Shown here piece after piece: positions 37,563 through 48,600 of a stretch of DNA of 64,000 nt. The notes beneath the pieces are model-generated. The model was not told the origin of the DNA. It was given only the letters and a program-made list of their open reading frames with translations, and made no database searches. Numbering within the stretch: the first letter of the stretch is position 1; each line of letters starts with the position of its first letter. Source of the DNA: an uncultured virus (IMG/VR IMGVR_UViG_3300025128_000023) (lineage: Duplodnaviria; Heunggongvirae; Uroviricota; Caudoviricetes). The stretch lies in IMG/VR virus record IMGVR_UViG_3300025128_000023; one strand, written 5' to 3'. The position numbers and the translations under genes are program-made.

Positions 37563-38768
37563 ATGGCTGGAACTATAGGAACATATTATTTTGATGGAAC
37601 AAGCTTTGCTAATGCAACTATGCTTTACACTGATGCTACATTATCTACAGTAGCACCTAATGGATATTATCAACAAAACGACATTATAAGACAATTAGTC
37701 GGTGGACCTGGTAATCCTGTGTTATTACAACCACAAGCATGTGTTTCCTGTAGTGTACCCTGTGGTAGTGGTGTAAATGGTAATGGTGGTACTGGAAAAT
37801 ATTTATTATCTATGAATTTAGGTAATTCAATAGGAGCAGTAAAAGTAACATTTAATCCACAATCAGTGCCCGACAAATGTTCTTGGACATATGATGGAAC
37901 AACAAAAAGCGAGTATTCTACATCAAGCGAAGGATATTTACAAGGTGTTGTAGGAAAAATAAGCTCTGCTGCTTCATGTACATTAACTATGGATAATGCA
38001 AATGGTAGTAATAATCAAACAACAACTGGAACAACTTATTTATATGATGCAGGTAGTAACACTTTTGTAAATCAAGGAACACCAGCAACTTTAGGACCTT
38101 ATGCTAATCAAGCAGGTGGAGGGGTAACCTTTACAAATAATCCTCCTGGTAACTGTATTATGGTTGTACCAAAACCTAATGCAACACCTGAGACTGTAGA
38201 TTTTGTTATTGAAGGACCTTGTAGTGGTACAGCTTGGAGCATAGCAGTAGAATGTCCTGCAGCCCTAACAAGTTTTCAAGGAAGTGCGGGAGCTGCATCA
38301 AGTAATTTAGCTTGTGCTCAAGACGCAACTACTAATACTTATTACAATATGCCAGTAGGGAGTGGTAGTAGCCCAGGTACTCCGGTGACAACTGACTGGA
38401 TATTTACTGATGCTAATGGTGTAAACACCGCGGCAGATAATTATTATAAAATAAGTGGAAATAGATATATGCATGTTACAGATGGAGTATGTAGAGGTAT
38501 ATCACCTTGTGTTACGAGTTATTTATCAAGCTCATCAGGAGTCTTTAATGATGTGTGTGGAGGACCAACACCTGGAGTACCAACTCAAACTTACTATCAT
38601 ACAGGTAATGGTGCACTTCCAACGACTGGAGACTTTGCATATTCAAACCCACAAGGTACTGCCGCACTATCTGATGGTTATTATTATTTAGGTGGCACTT
38701 CACCAAACAGATATTATATTAGAATAACTGGAGGTGCAGGAGAAGTAACAACACAATCAACTTGTTAA
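37563..38768 (+). CDS. Cys-rich virion surface protein with repeated modules
   Basis: Repeated TYY...P..GD..(Y/F)...G......GYY...C modules. Confidence 0.65.
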   Translation: MAGTIGTYYFDGTSFANATMLYTDATLSTVAPNGYYQQNDIIRQLVGGPGNPVLLQPQACVSCSVPCGSGVNGNGGTGKYLLSMNLGNSIGAVKVTFNPQSVPDKCSWTYDGTTKSEYSTSSEGYLQGVVGKISSAASCTLTMDNANGSNNQTTTGTTYLYDAGSNTFVNQGTPATLGPYANQAGGGVTFTNNPPGNCIMVVPKPNATPETVDFVIEGPCSGTAWSIAVECPAALTSFQGSAGAASSNLACAQDATTNTYYNMPVGSGSSPGTPVTTDWIFTDANGVNTAADNYYKISGNRYMHVTDGVCRGISPCVTSYLSSSSGVFNDVCGGPTPGVPTQTYYHTGNGALPTTGDFAYSNPQGTAALSDGYYYLGGTSPNRYYIRITGGAGEVTTQSTC

Positions 38769-38772
38769 AATT

Positions 38773-39549
38773 ATGGCAACTTATACATTAACATATACAA
38801 ATAATTCAGGAGTCGATGGAAGAGGTGGATGGCCATCCTTCTATTCGTTTTACCCTGAGTTTATGATAGGAATGAATAGTTACTTTTATTCTTTTAATGA
38901 AGGTAATTTATATCGACACAACACCAATAATACAAGAAACGAATATTATGGGCAAGATTATGCTTCTACTATAACAAGTGTATTCAACCCAAGACCTATA
39001 AAAGATATTAAGTTGTTTAAAACTATGTCTTACGAAAGTAATCAAGCGTGGTCTTGTACTCAATTAGCTACAGATTTAAGTGCTGGTTCTATGTTAGGAA
39101 CATACTTTGAACAGAAAGAAGGAGAGTGGTTTACATTTATTAGAAACAATGATGGTGTTGTAAATTGGAGAGAAAGATCTGCAAATGGTATTGGGCAGTG
39201 TACAACAGTGGTAGGACCTGCCGCAGCAACTGTAGTGAGTTTTGCATCTGCAGTAGGTAGTATTATAAGTATAGGTGATTTAGCATATGCGGGTACTGGT
39301 ACACCAGCCTTAGCAGGGGAGATTATAGAAATAGATAATACTGCTCCTGATTTTAGTATAACTTTAGATACCACAATAGCAGGTGCAGTAGTTCCAGCAC
39401 CTAATACATTTATAGCATATATTAAAAATAGTGTAGCCGAATCACATGGAGCAAGAGGATATTATATGGAGTTTACCTTATCTAATGCACTAACTGTCCC
39501 AGTTGAGTTATATTCTGTCGGAAGTAGTGTGATGAAAAGTTATCCATAG
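38773..39549 (+). CDS. Tail protein resembling the C-terminal part of stabilisation proteins
   Basis: TLTY...GWPSFYSF.PE...FYSF..GNLYRHN; KLFKTMSYE; KEGEWF; RGYYM. Confidence 0.65.
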   Translation: MATYTLTYTNNSGVDGRGGWPSFYSFYPEFMIGMNSYFYSFNEGNLYRHNTNNTRNEYYGQDYASTITSVFNPRPIKDIKLFKTMSYESNQAWSCTQLATDLSAGSMLGTYFEQKEGEWFTFIRNNDGVVNWRERSANGIGQCTTVVGPAAATVVSFASAVGSIISIGDLAYAGTGTPALAGEIIEIDNTAPDFSITLDTTIAGAVVPAPNTFIAYIKNSVAESHGARGYYMEFTLSNALTVPVELYSVGSSVMKSYP

Positions 39550-39557
39550 TTTTTTAT

Positions 39558-39565
39558 TATCTTTG
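39558..39565 (+). promoter_or_regulatory. -7 promoter element TATCTTTG
   Basis: Consensus match 7 nt before ATG 39573. Confidence 0.65.
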
Positions 39566-39572
39566 TCTTATA

Positions 39573-39983
39573 ATGCAATTAAATATACATCCACTCAAAA
39601 CCACTGACTATGAGGAAATATTATGTAAGTGGTGGAAAGATTGGAGATGGACACCTCCACCTCAAGATTTTTTACCAGAGAATGGTACTGGGGGACTGAT
39701 GGTTTATGATGAAGACACACCAGTTGTAGCTGGTTATTTATATAATACCAACTCAAATGTTGTATGGATAGATTTTATAGTATCTAATTTTCAATATAAA
39801 GATAAGAAAAATAGAAAACTTGCAATCAAATTATTAATTTTAGCATTAGAAGAAAGAACAAAACAATTAGGTAAATATATTTGTTATGCACTCATTAAAA
39901 ATAAAAGCTTAGTTTCTATATATAAAGAATTAGGTTATACTCAAGGTGATGCATACAGTACCGAATTAATAAAAAGAATATAG
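39573..39983 (+). CDS. GNAT-like protein
   Basis: PVVAGYLY...WIDFIVS...YKELGY; positioned before the ejection genes. Confidence 0.55.
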   Translation: MQLNIHPLKTTDYEEILCKWWKDWRWTPPPQDFLPENGTGGLMVYDEDTPVVAGYLYNTNSNVVWIDFIVSNFQYKDKKNRKLAIKLLILALEERTKQLGKYICYALIKNKSLVSIYKELGYTQGDAYSTELIKRI

Positions 39984-39984
39984 A

Positions 39985-40602
39985 ATGGCAGGATTTACTA
40001 CAATAGCAGCGGGTATCGGAGCAGCCACATCTTTGGGTGGTGGGCTTATGTCTTTTGGTCAGTCCGCAAAAGCATCTAAACAAGCTGCAGATGCACAAAA
40101 AAAAGCAGATAGATTAATGGCTCAAGCTCGAAGAGATGCACAGAAAGATGTGTACGAAAAACTTCAAGTTCCATTAGATGCATTTAATGAACAATATAGA
40201 CAAACCAATCAAGCGGCTACTGCTGGTATACAAGCTTTACAAGAAGGAGATGCAAGAACCCTTGCTGCTGGTATTGGAAATATAACTGGCCAAGTTAATG
40301 AGGCTACAGAGAAAACAAGAATAGATAAAGCAGAAGCTTTATTTGGTTTAGATCAAACGAAAGCTACTTCAAAAGAAAACATAAAGCAACAACTTATAGC
40401 AATGGATGTAGGTGCAGCTAAAGATGCTGAAATGAAAGCTGCAGATAAAGAAGAAATAGCAGCCCAAAGTTTACAACAAGGTATTTCACAAGCGGGTAAA
40501 GGATTAGTCGGTGTGGCTGGTGCAACAAGTAAACTATATGGTGACAAAAAAGAATTGACACCTGAAGAGTTAGATGCACTGTTGAAATACATGGGTAGTT
40601 AA
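39985..40602 (+). CDS. Putative ejection (internal virion) protein
   Basis: Gly/Ala hydrophobic N-terminus followed by an Ala/Gln helical body. Confidence 0.6.
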   Translation: MAGFTTIAAGIGAATSLGGGLMSFGQSAKASKQAADAQKKADRLMAQARRDAQKDVYEKLQVPLDAFNEQYRQTNQAATAGIQALQEGDARTLAAGIGNITGQVNEATEKTRIDKAEALFGLDQTKATSKENIKQQLIAMDVGAAKDAEMKAADKEEIAAQSLQQGISQAGKGLVGVAGATSKLYGDKKELTPEELDALLKYMGS

Positions 40603-40613
40603 AAAAAGATTTT

Positions 40614-42650
40614 ATGGCAATATCAGAAAAAAATTTTCAACCTGCAGATTATCAGAAGTATGTAGAAAGAGGTCCTGATTCCTATGTGAATTGGGAAGAG
40701 ATGTCTACTAAAGTAACCAAACTGTTTACAGATGAGGCTACTCGTAGAGAAAACATAAAAGCTGATATTGATGAGAGAACTCAATCTTTATACGATCAGT
40801 TAGCAGAAGTTGAAGTCAACCAGGATGGAAAGTGGAGTGATGAAGTTATATCCTCTGCAAATCAAATTCGTAAAGCATTATCTACATATAATAGTTTATT
40901 AAAAAAAGGATCAATCTCTGTTACAGAATATAAAACTCAGATGGAAAGAGTCAAAGGACAAATGTCTGAGTTAAATATTATTACTAAAGAATTAGGGACT
41001 TCTTACAATGCTCACACTGAGAGGTTGGCAGTAGGAGAAAATGGAGAGATATTAGCAGCTCCCGATGAGATAGCGGTATTTAACTCTGCAAGTGGATATG
41101 GTAAACTAAAAAACACCAAGCTATATATTGATCCAGTTACTATGAATGCATTTATGTATAAGATAAATGAGGATGGAAGTATACCTGATTTTACTAAAAA
41201 TCCTGAAAAGTTTATGGCTATAAACAATGCCAGGTCTATAATGAATTATACTAATGACAGAAATCAATATGTGGTTTCAGATGTTGCTAAAGGTTTTGCC
41301 GATCAAGTTGGTACTTTTATCAATGAAAAATTAATAAAATATATAGGAACAAATAGAGATGGAACATATGTATTGAGTGAAGAAGGAGTGAGATTGATGG
41401 AAAGTGATCCAGATATAAAGGCAGATTTTGATGATATAAAAAGTATTGTTTTTGAAAAACTAACTGCAGAAGGTGAAAAAGGTATTGCTAATACCATCGC
41501 TACATTAGATGGTAATTACATTATGGCAATGAGTGAAGATGAGTTCAAAGCTAAAGGTGGTACTGACTTAAAATATTTTATTAAAATAAATCCTGATGCG
41601 GCGGATGGTATGACATATGAGTTTAGTAGTGCTGCTGCAAGAGATGAGGCTATAACTAAAATTGAAGATAATGTATCTGACAATTTAGAAATAATGTTAG
41701 GTAAGAAGGTGGAGAAGACAAATGTAAGTTATGAACCAGATGAATCATCTATAGATAAAAGTGAAGCATCAACAAATGAAAACATTGGAGGTTACTTCCA
41801 AGACTTAAAGAATATTGTTGGAGGTGGTGAAGGTGATTTCAGTGCATCAGTTGAAGACTTGAAAGATAGAGCTAACAAAAGATTAGGTAAGGATGGAGAA
41901 GGAGTACAGATTACTGATATAACAAGAGAGAAAAACTTTATTACAGTAACTTTTGTAGATGAGGATGGTAATGAAACTACAAAAACTATAGATAGATACA
42001 AAAAAGATGAGAATGATCAATACACAGATGAAAAGATAAGTGATTCAGTAATTTATCAAAAACTTAATACTGAGTTGAGACCGAATGACTACACTGATTT
42101 ATCTTATGATGATTTAGAAAGAAGAGCTAACGAATCAGGGTTTAGTTTTGATTTCGAAGAAGGGACATACTTTGGTGATGAAACCCGAACTAATGTTCCT
42201 GCATATACTGAGAAGAACCACAAACCATTTAATGAGCAATCAACAGCAAGTATACCTAAGGGTGGAGGCGATCCAGTAGCAATGACCTATGAAGATAAGA
42301 TAAACGAGAAGTTAATTTCTTCAAGTTATAGTGGACAGTTGGCTGAATTGAAAACCGTAATACCAAGTGAACTGCAGAGTGCTTTAGAAAAATCTGGTAT
42401 AGATATGGTAGCAAGTGACTTCACGATAACTGGTACAGATTTATCAGGTGGTAATAATGAATTTACTATAACATATACGAATCCATATAATGGTGCTACA
42501 AATACAAGGTCATTTATATTTAACAGTAAGACATCCCCTAATGGAACTAATAACATCATGGCAGCGATGGATGAAGTAATGCAAGATATATTTACACAGG
42601 CTAATCAGAATAAAGGGAAAAAGAAAAAAGATGATGATCAAGCACCATAG
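40614..42650 (+). CDS. Putative ejection (internal virion) protein
   Basis: Large acidic helical protein in the ejectosome position. Confidence 0.55.
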   Translation: MAISEKNFQPADYQKYVERGPDSYVNWEEMSTKVTKLFTDEATRRENIKADIDERTQSLYDQLAEVEVNQDGKWSDEVISSANQIRKALSTYNSLLKKGSISVTEYKTQMERVKGQMSELNIITKELGTSYNAHTERLAVGENGEILAAPDEIAVFNSASGYGKLKNTKLYIDPVTMNAFMYKINEDGSIPDFTKNPEKFMAINNARSIMNYTNDRNQYVVSDVAKGFADQVGTFINEKLIKYIGTNRDGTYVLSEEGVRLMESDPDIKADFDDIKSIVFEKLTAEGEKGIANTIATLDGNYIMAMSEDEFKAKGGTDLKYFIKINPDAADGMTYEFSSAAARDEAITKIEDNVSDNLEIMLGKKVEKTNVSYEPDESSIDKSEASTNENIGGYFQDLKNIVGGGEGDFSASVEDLKDRANKRLGKDGEGVQITDITREKNFITVTFVDEDGNETTKTIDRYKKDENDQYTDEKISDSVIYQKLNTELRPNDYTDLSYDDLERRANESGFSFDFEEGTYFGDETRTNVPAYTEKNHKPFNEQSTASIPKGGGDPVAMTYEDKINEKLISSSYSGQLAELKTVIPSELQSALEKSGIDMVASDFTITGTDLSGGNNEFTITYTNPYNGATNTRSFIFNSKTSPNGTNNIMAAMDEVMQDIFTQANQNKGKKKKDDDQAP

Positions 42651-42652
42651 AT

Positions 42653-45600
42653 ATGAATAATAAATATTTAGAACAACTTTATGGATGGATAGACTCAAAG
42701 GATAGTTCTTTTAGTGGAAGATACAAGCTGGAAGACTTCGTTACCAATATGGATAATGAAGAGTATGCAGTAAAGATGTATGAGTGGATAGCAAAGAAAG
42801 ACCCCACATTTCAAAAAAGATACACCTTAGACCTTTTCATTGAGAAGGTAAAAAAAAAAGATTTATCTCCCGACGATCCTATATCAGAAAGCATGGACGA
42901 TGCTGGACTTGGGGAAGATTCGGAAGAACAGGGTACAGTGTCACCCTCTATACCTTCTGTTTCCCAACCTTCAGAAGGAGAAAGTATTGAATTTGATGAG
43001 GAATCATTTAGTATAAATGAAGGAGAAGTAGACAAAGAAACATTCCAAGAATATGATGAGCTACAACAAGAGGAACAAAAGATAAGTGCAGATCCTTTTG
43101 AGAATGCACTTAACAATATTACACCCGAATTATTAGCACAAGATGAGGAAGAGTTAGTTCCTGACTTAGCCTACAGATTTGAAAGATATGGCTTTAAGTT
43201 TGACCAAGCAGAAATATTTAGGGACTTCGTTAAAATTTCTTCAGACCAAATCGATCCTACCACTGGTAAGCCTTACGAAATCAAAGTTAAGGTAGATAAC
43301 AAAGATGAAGCAAAAAACCTTCAAGCTGCAAAAGATATCCAAGACTTTATTAGAAAGTATCAAAAGGTAGATACCAGGTTTGAAAAAACCGAAAAAAATT
43401 TAGCAGTAAAAGACAGATTACTTCAAAGTGATGCCGAAGTTGAAAACCAGTTTAAAATACTAAACATTGAAGCAGAAGCATTTAATAACAGAGTACAAGC
43501 TTATATAAAAAAGAGAAGAGTATATCTACAAAAAAAGGCACAAGCAGACAGTCTAACTCAAGAACAAATCAATACAGATATTGGTCAAAGATTCTTAAAA
43601 GACTTAGAACAAGCAAGAGTAATGTTAGATGGTGAAAAAGCAGATTTGTATGCACAGGATGCGTCACTAACAAATAGAGGGTATGAGATAGATATGTTGG
43701 TGGGTAAATACTCTGAGATGAAAGCTAAAAAGGGTAGTTTCTTAGGAGCTACATGGAATGGTATTACTTATGGTATATCAAGAATGTCTGAGAGTTATAT
43801 AGACTATGGTATTACTGCTATGGTAAATGCTATGCCATTTAGCATGATGCTTGGTCAACCTCAATATGAAAAGTCATTTGCTAAGAGAGCTGAAGAGTTA
43901 GGTTTCTTTAATCCTGATGATATAAAAGAACCTTTTGAAAGTTTTGAAGCATTTAAACAATCTTTTTCTCCCGAACAAATAAGTGAAATAAATGCTTATA
44001 TCGAAGACAGAGTATTAAAAAGCAGTAAGTATGATAACATAGAATTTAATGATGATGGTTCAATAACTACTAAACAACTCGATGCTGGAACAAGATACTC
44101 TGATTCATACCTAAAAGATAATATTGGTAAGCTTACTGAAGATGGTATGATGAATTTAGTTAGAGAGGGATATATGATGGCTATTGGTAATGAATCCACT
44201 ACTGCTGAATATAGTGATATGATGAGAGAAGGATTTTGGGGTGGAGCATGGTTAGGACTTGCCGAATCTCTTCCAGCTTTTATTGGACCAGGTGGTTGGG
44301 TAGGAAGAACAGCAAAAATGTTTGCACAAGTAGATAGTCATTTACGAGATGAAATGATGAGAGATCCTGACTTTGCAGATATTAGTGAAGCAGAAAGAAA
44401 AGCAGTAAGCCTTCCAATTGCAGTTACAGTAGGAGCTTTAGAGTATTTTGGTTTGAGGAATGTAATGAATCAAAAAGGTTTACTAAATAAATATGTCTTA
44501 AAAGGATTACAAAAATATAAAGGTGCACATCAAACTCAAGGATTGACATTTAGACAAGTGGTATTAAATGAAATAGAAAGTGATATAGCAAAAGGAGTTC
44601 TTATTATTGGGGCAGGTGGATTAGCAGAATTTGAAACTGGTGTTGCTCAAGAGATAGCTGATATCAGTGGTAAAGTGATTTACAATGAAATCAAAGAGAA
44701 AGACATGTTTCAAACACCTGAATCAGTTAGAGATGCTATTGGACAAATTATGTATGCTGGAGCACAAGAAGCTGTTGGTGGTTGGGTAATGAGTACAGTT
44801 CCTGCAGTTGCTGCGGGTTATGTTGGTAAAGATTATACAGCCATATCCGATCCTATGTTTGAAACTTTTGAAGATATAAGTAATGATGGTACTTTCTATA
44901 AAGCATATGTTCAAAAAATTAAAAATGATATTAACAAGGGTGATATTAATAAAGCAGAAGGGCAGTCTTTGTTAGATGCAGTACAAGACATAAGAGGTAT
45001 AGTACCTAAAGTACCTCAAGACCTCGACACAGAAAGTCGAAAAAAAGCTGTAGGTTTGTTATATAATAAAGCCATCTTACAAAGACAAAGAGAAGCCATT
45101 GCTCCTGAGTTAAGAGGAAAGATAGATAAAGAGATAGGGAAAATTGATACTCAGTTAAAAAATTTAATTGAAGGGGCGAGTGCAGTTAAAGGTACTGAAG
45201 CTAACATCGAACAAGAAGAAGAGATTACCGATACTCAAGCAAAACAGTACATAGAAAAAGAAAATAAAACAAGGGTTAAGTTAGGTTTACCCCCTATAAA
45301 GATGAGCCCTAAGTCTATTGAAGAAGCTAAAGTTGAATTAAAAAAACAAAGAGATGCCAGTAAAGAGCAAAGCCCAGTTCAGGAAACTGGCGAAGTCGAA
45401 TCCCAATCTACTGAAGAAGTGGCTGAAGGAGTACCCGACCCAGTATCAGAGTCTACCGGAACGAGTAACCAAAAAGGCAAAGGTAAAGTTACCCCGAAGA
45501 AAGAGGCGGAAATAGAAGAAGAGGTTGGTGATATACAAGAGTTTGTTGGAGAAACCGAAACTGAAACCGAAGGAGATGTAGTTACACCAACAACTGAGTT

Positions 45601-48600
45601 AGGAGTACAAGAAGAAGTAGATATTGAAACAGAGAATGTTACCAAAGATGGTAAAGTAAAAAGAAGTAAATCTACTACACCAATAGAGACTGAAGTAGAA
45701 GGTAAATTTGATGGTATAGTTAAATTTGCAACTCGAGCTGCAAAAGCAGTCAAAAGAATATTACCTAAAGTAAATATAGTTTTACATGAGTCATCTGAAA
45801 ACTTTCAGAAAGCCACTGGTAAAACTGGTAGAGGTTTCTATAATCCTACAGATCAAACCATACATGTTGATTTAACAAAAGGAAGCAACCGAACAGTTGC
45901 TCATGAAATGTTTCATGCATTGTTATTAAATTCTGTTAAAACTAATGCACAGGCAAGAGAGTTAACTAAAAGAATGGTAAAAGCAGTTGCTAAAGCAAAA
46001 GGTTTAACTAAAGAACAGAAACAAAAGATTGATAACTTCATTAAAAACTATGATACTGATATACAGAATGAAGAGAAGTTAGCAGAAATATTAGGGGTTT
46101 TAGCCGATGGTTATACTAAATTAGATGCTCCTACTAAAAGTAGAATTAGACAATGGGTAGAAAAGATTGCGGCTAAATTAGGTCTTGACATATCATCCTT
46201 TACACAATCAGATCAAGACATAGTTGATTTAATGAATACTGTAGCTCAGAAGATTAGAACTGGAGAAACTATTACTCAAAAAGATGTTAAGGCTCTCAAG
46301 CCTAAAAAGAAAACGCAAAAGCAAAAAGTCAAAGATGTATTGGGTAAAGTTGAAGTTGCTACTATAAAACAAATCACAGAGATAACTGGTTTACCTGAGC
46401 CTACTGTAAGAAGAATATTAGGACAAGGAGCAAAAAGTGGTGAGCTTTCAAGAGTTGCGGCAGGTGTATACACATTAAAAACTAAAGATGGTAAGACTGC
46501 GGCAGTTGTTCAAGGAGCAAATGCTTTGGCTGAAATAAAAAAATTAGTCAAAGAAGGAGCTAAGTTTGATATGATATTCTTAGACCCTCCATACATAATA
46601 CCAGGTGCTCGTGGTGGTAACAGAAACTTAACTAAATACAAACTTATATCACCAGAACAATTCAATGAGTTTGTTGGTGATGTTGTTAAATTACTACAGA
46701 ATCCCGACACACCAGTATTCTTTATGTTTAGTGCATCTAAGTCTAACAAAAAACAATTAGCTAAATACTATGATGCGTTTACTAAAAATGGATTGAAACC
46801 TTCTTCAGTTGCTGCACAGTTTGGTAAACTGGACAAACAAGGTAAACCTAAACAGATGTTCGGTATACCATTGAAAGAATGGATATTTGCATTTAGTCAA
46901 AGTGGTAATCAAAGAACTGATATGGACTTCAGTTTTGATAGAGAGTATGCTTTTGGGCAAGACTCTAATTATCAAACTGCCAAGCCTGTTGCTTTGTTAG
47001 AAGCTATTATAAAAGCATCTACTAAAGCTGGTGAGTTGATACTTGATCCATTTGCTGGTAGTGGTTCGACCGCAAAAGCTGCAGTAAAAACTGGCAGGTC
47101 TGTAGTGACAATAGAAGAAAATGTAGAACAAGCAGAAAACATTAAGAAAGAAGTAAAGCAAGAACAACAAAAGAAAAAAGAAAAAGGAGATCAGTTAGAT
47201 ATCTTCGAAGGCAGAGAACAGAAAGAATCTAAACCCATAGCCGATAGGTATATGATGAGTGCTCGTGGATTTATAAACCCAAGAGCATTGTTTGATACTT
47301 CAAAACTCAGAAGAGAATTAGAAAACATTGGAATGAGATTAGGAACTGCAAGGAATGAGTTTACTGGTGAGATAACTGGTTACTATTTCCAAAAGGTTTC
47401 AAAGAGAGGTAAGCCATATTTTTATAATCCATATGGTAGACAACAAAAAGATATTGATAAAGCGGGAAGTGGTATTTCCAACATTGCAGAACTTATAGTA
47501 AAGTTGAGAGAAACTAACTTTAACCCTGAAGCTATCAAGAAATATTTGTTAGAAAAGAAAAAGATAGCTACTAATGTAGTTAACAAACTAACTGATGCCA
47601 GTACATTTGTATTGAGTAGAATGCCTGAGTCATTCCAAAAACTAAAAGGTGGATTCCTTACTGGTGTAAGACTGTTTGAAAAAATATCTAAGTACAAAGA
47701 CAGACTAACCAACACTAACTTAACTTCTTATGGCAAATCAATAGTAGAATTACAACAAGAGTTAGAAGTTTTACAATCTCAGAAAAATAAAAAGAGAGCT
47801 ATTGCAGCTAAACAAAAAGAGATAGATAATTTAAAAGCAAAAAACCCAGGAGCTAAAATATATAAACTCACCAACACTGAGATAATGACTAAGACTATTG
47901 AGTTTATGAGAAAACAACCTGAGTATATAGCTGTTAAGGATAAGAAAGGATTATCTGTGCTACAAGCTCAGATGGAGATGCAGTTAGAAAAATCTTTCTA
48001 TCAAGCTCCTACTAAAGATATGGCTAATCAAATTAGATTGGCAAGAGCTGTAGTAAACATGCAAACTAAAAATGTTAAGAGTTTGGAGAGGGTAAAATCA
48101 GCTTTAAGAAACTTTATAAGAGTGGTATTCCCTGCAGATATGTATACTAAACCCGAAACATTAAAGTTAGTACAAGAGGTTCAAAATGCAACTTTAGAAA
48201 ATATAAAAGAAGTAAAATCTAAGTTAATGGATATGGCAACAACAAAAATTGTCAAAGGCTTAGAATCAAAGATTGAGAAATTATTAAATAAAGACTTTGC
48301 TAAGGTAGAGGGTGGTAGATTAAAAGCTAAGTTGGTAGACTCACAAACTATAAAACTATTAGAGCAAGTTAAAAGTATTTTTAGTAATGTTCGAAATATA
48401 AAAGATAATCCAAAAAAGATTGAAGCATTAATTCAGAAAAATTTAGATAGAATAGGTAAGTTACAGTCTCAGTCGCTTCAAAACGAAAATACATTTGCAG
48501 AGATTGCTGCATTGGAAATGATTAATGATTATGCTAATACACAGTTGGAGGAAGACTCCAGCTTTGAGAAAGTAGCAGGTTTAAATAGAGTTTTCGAACA

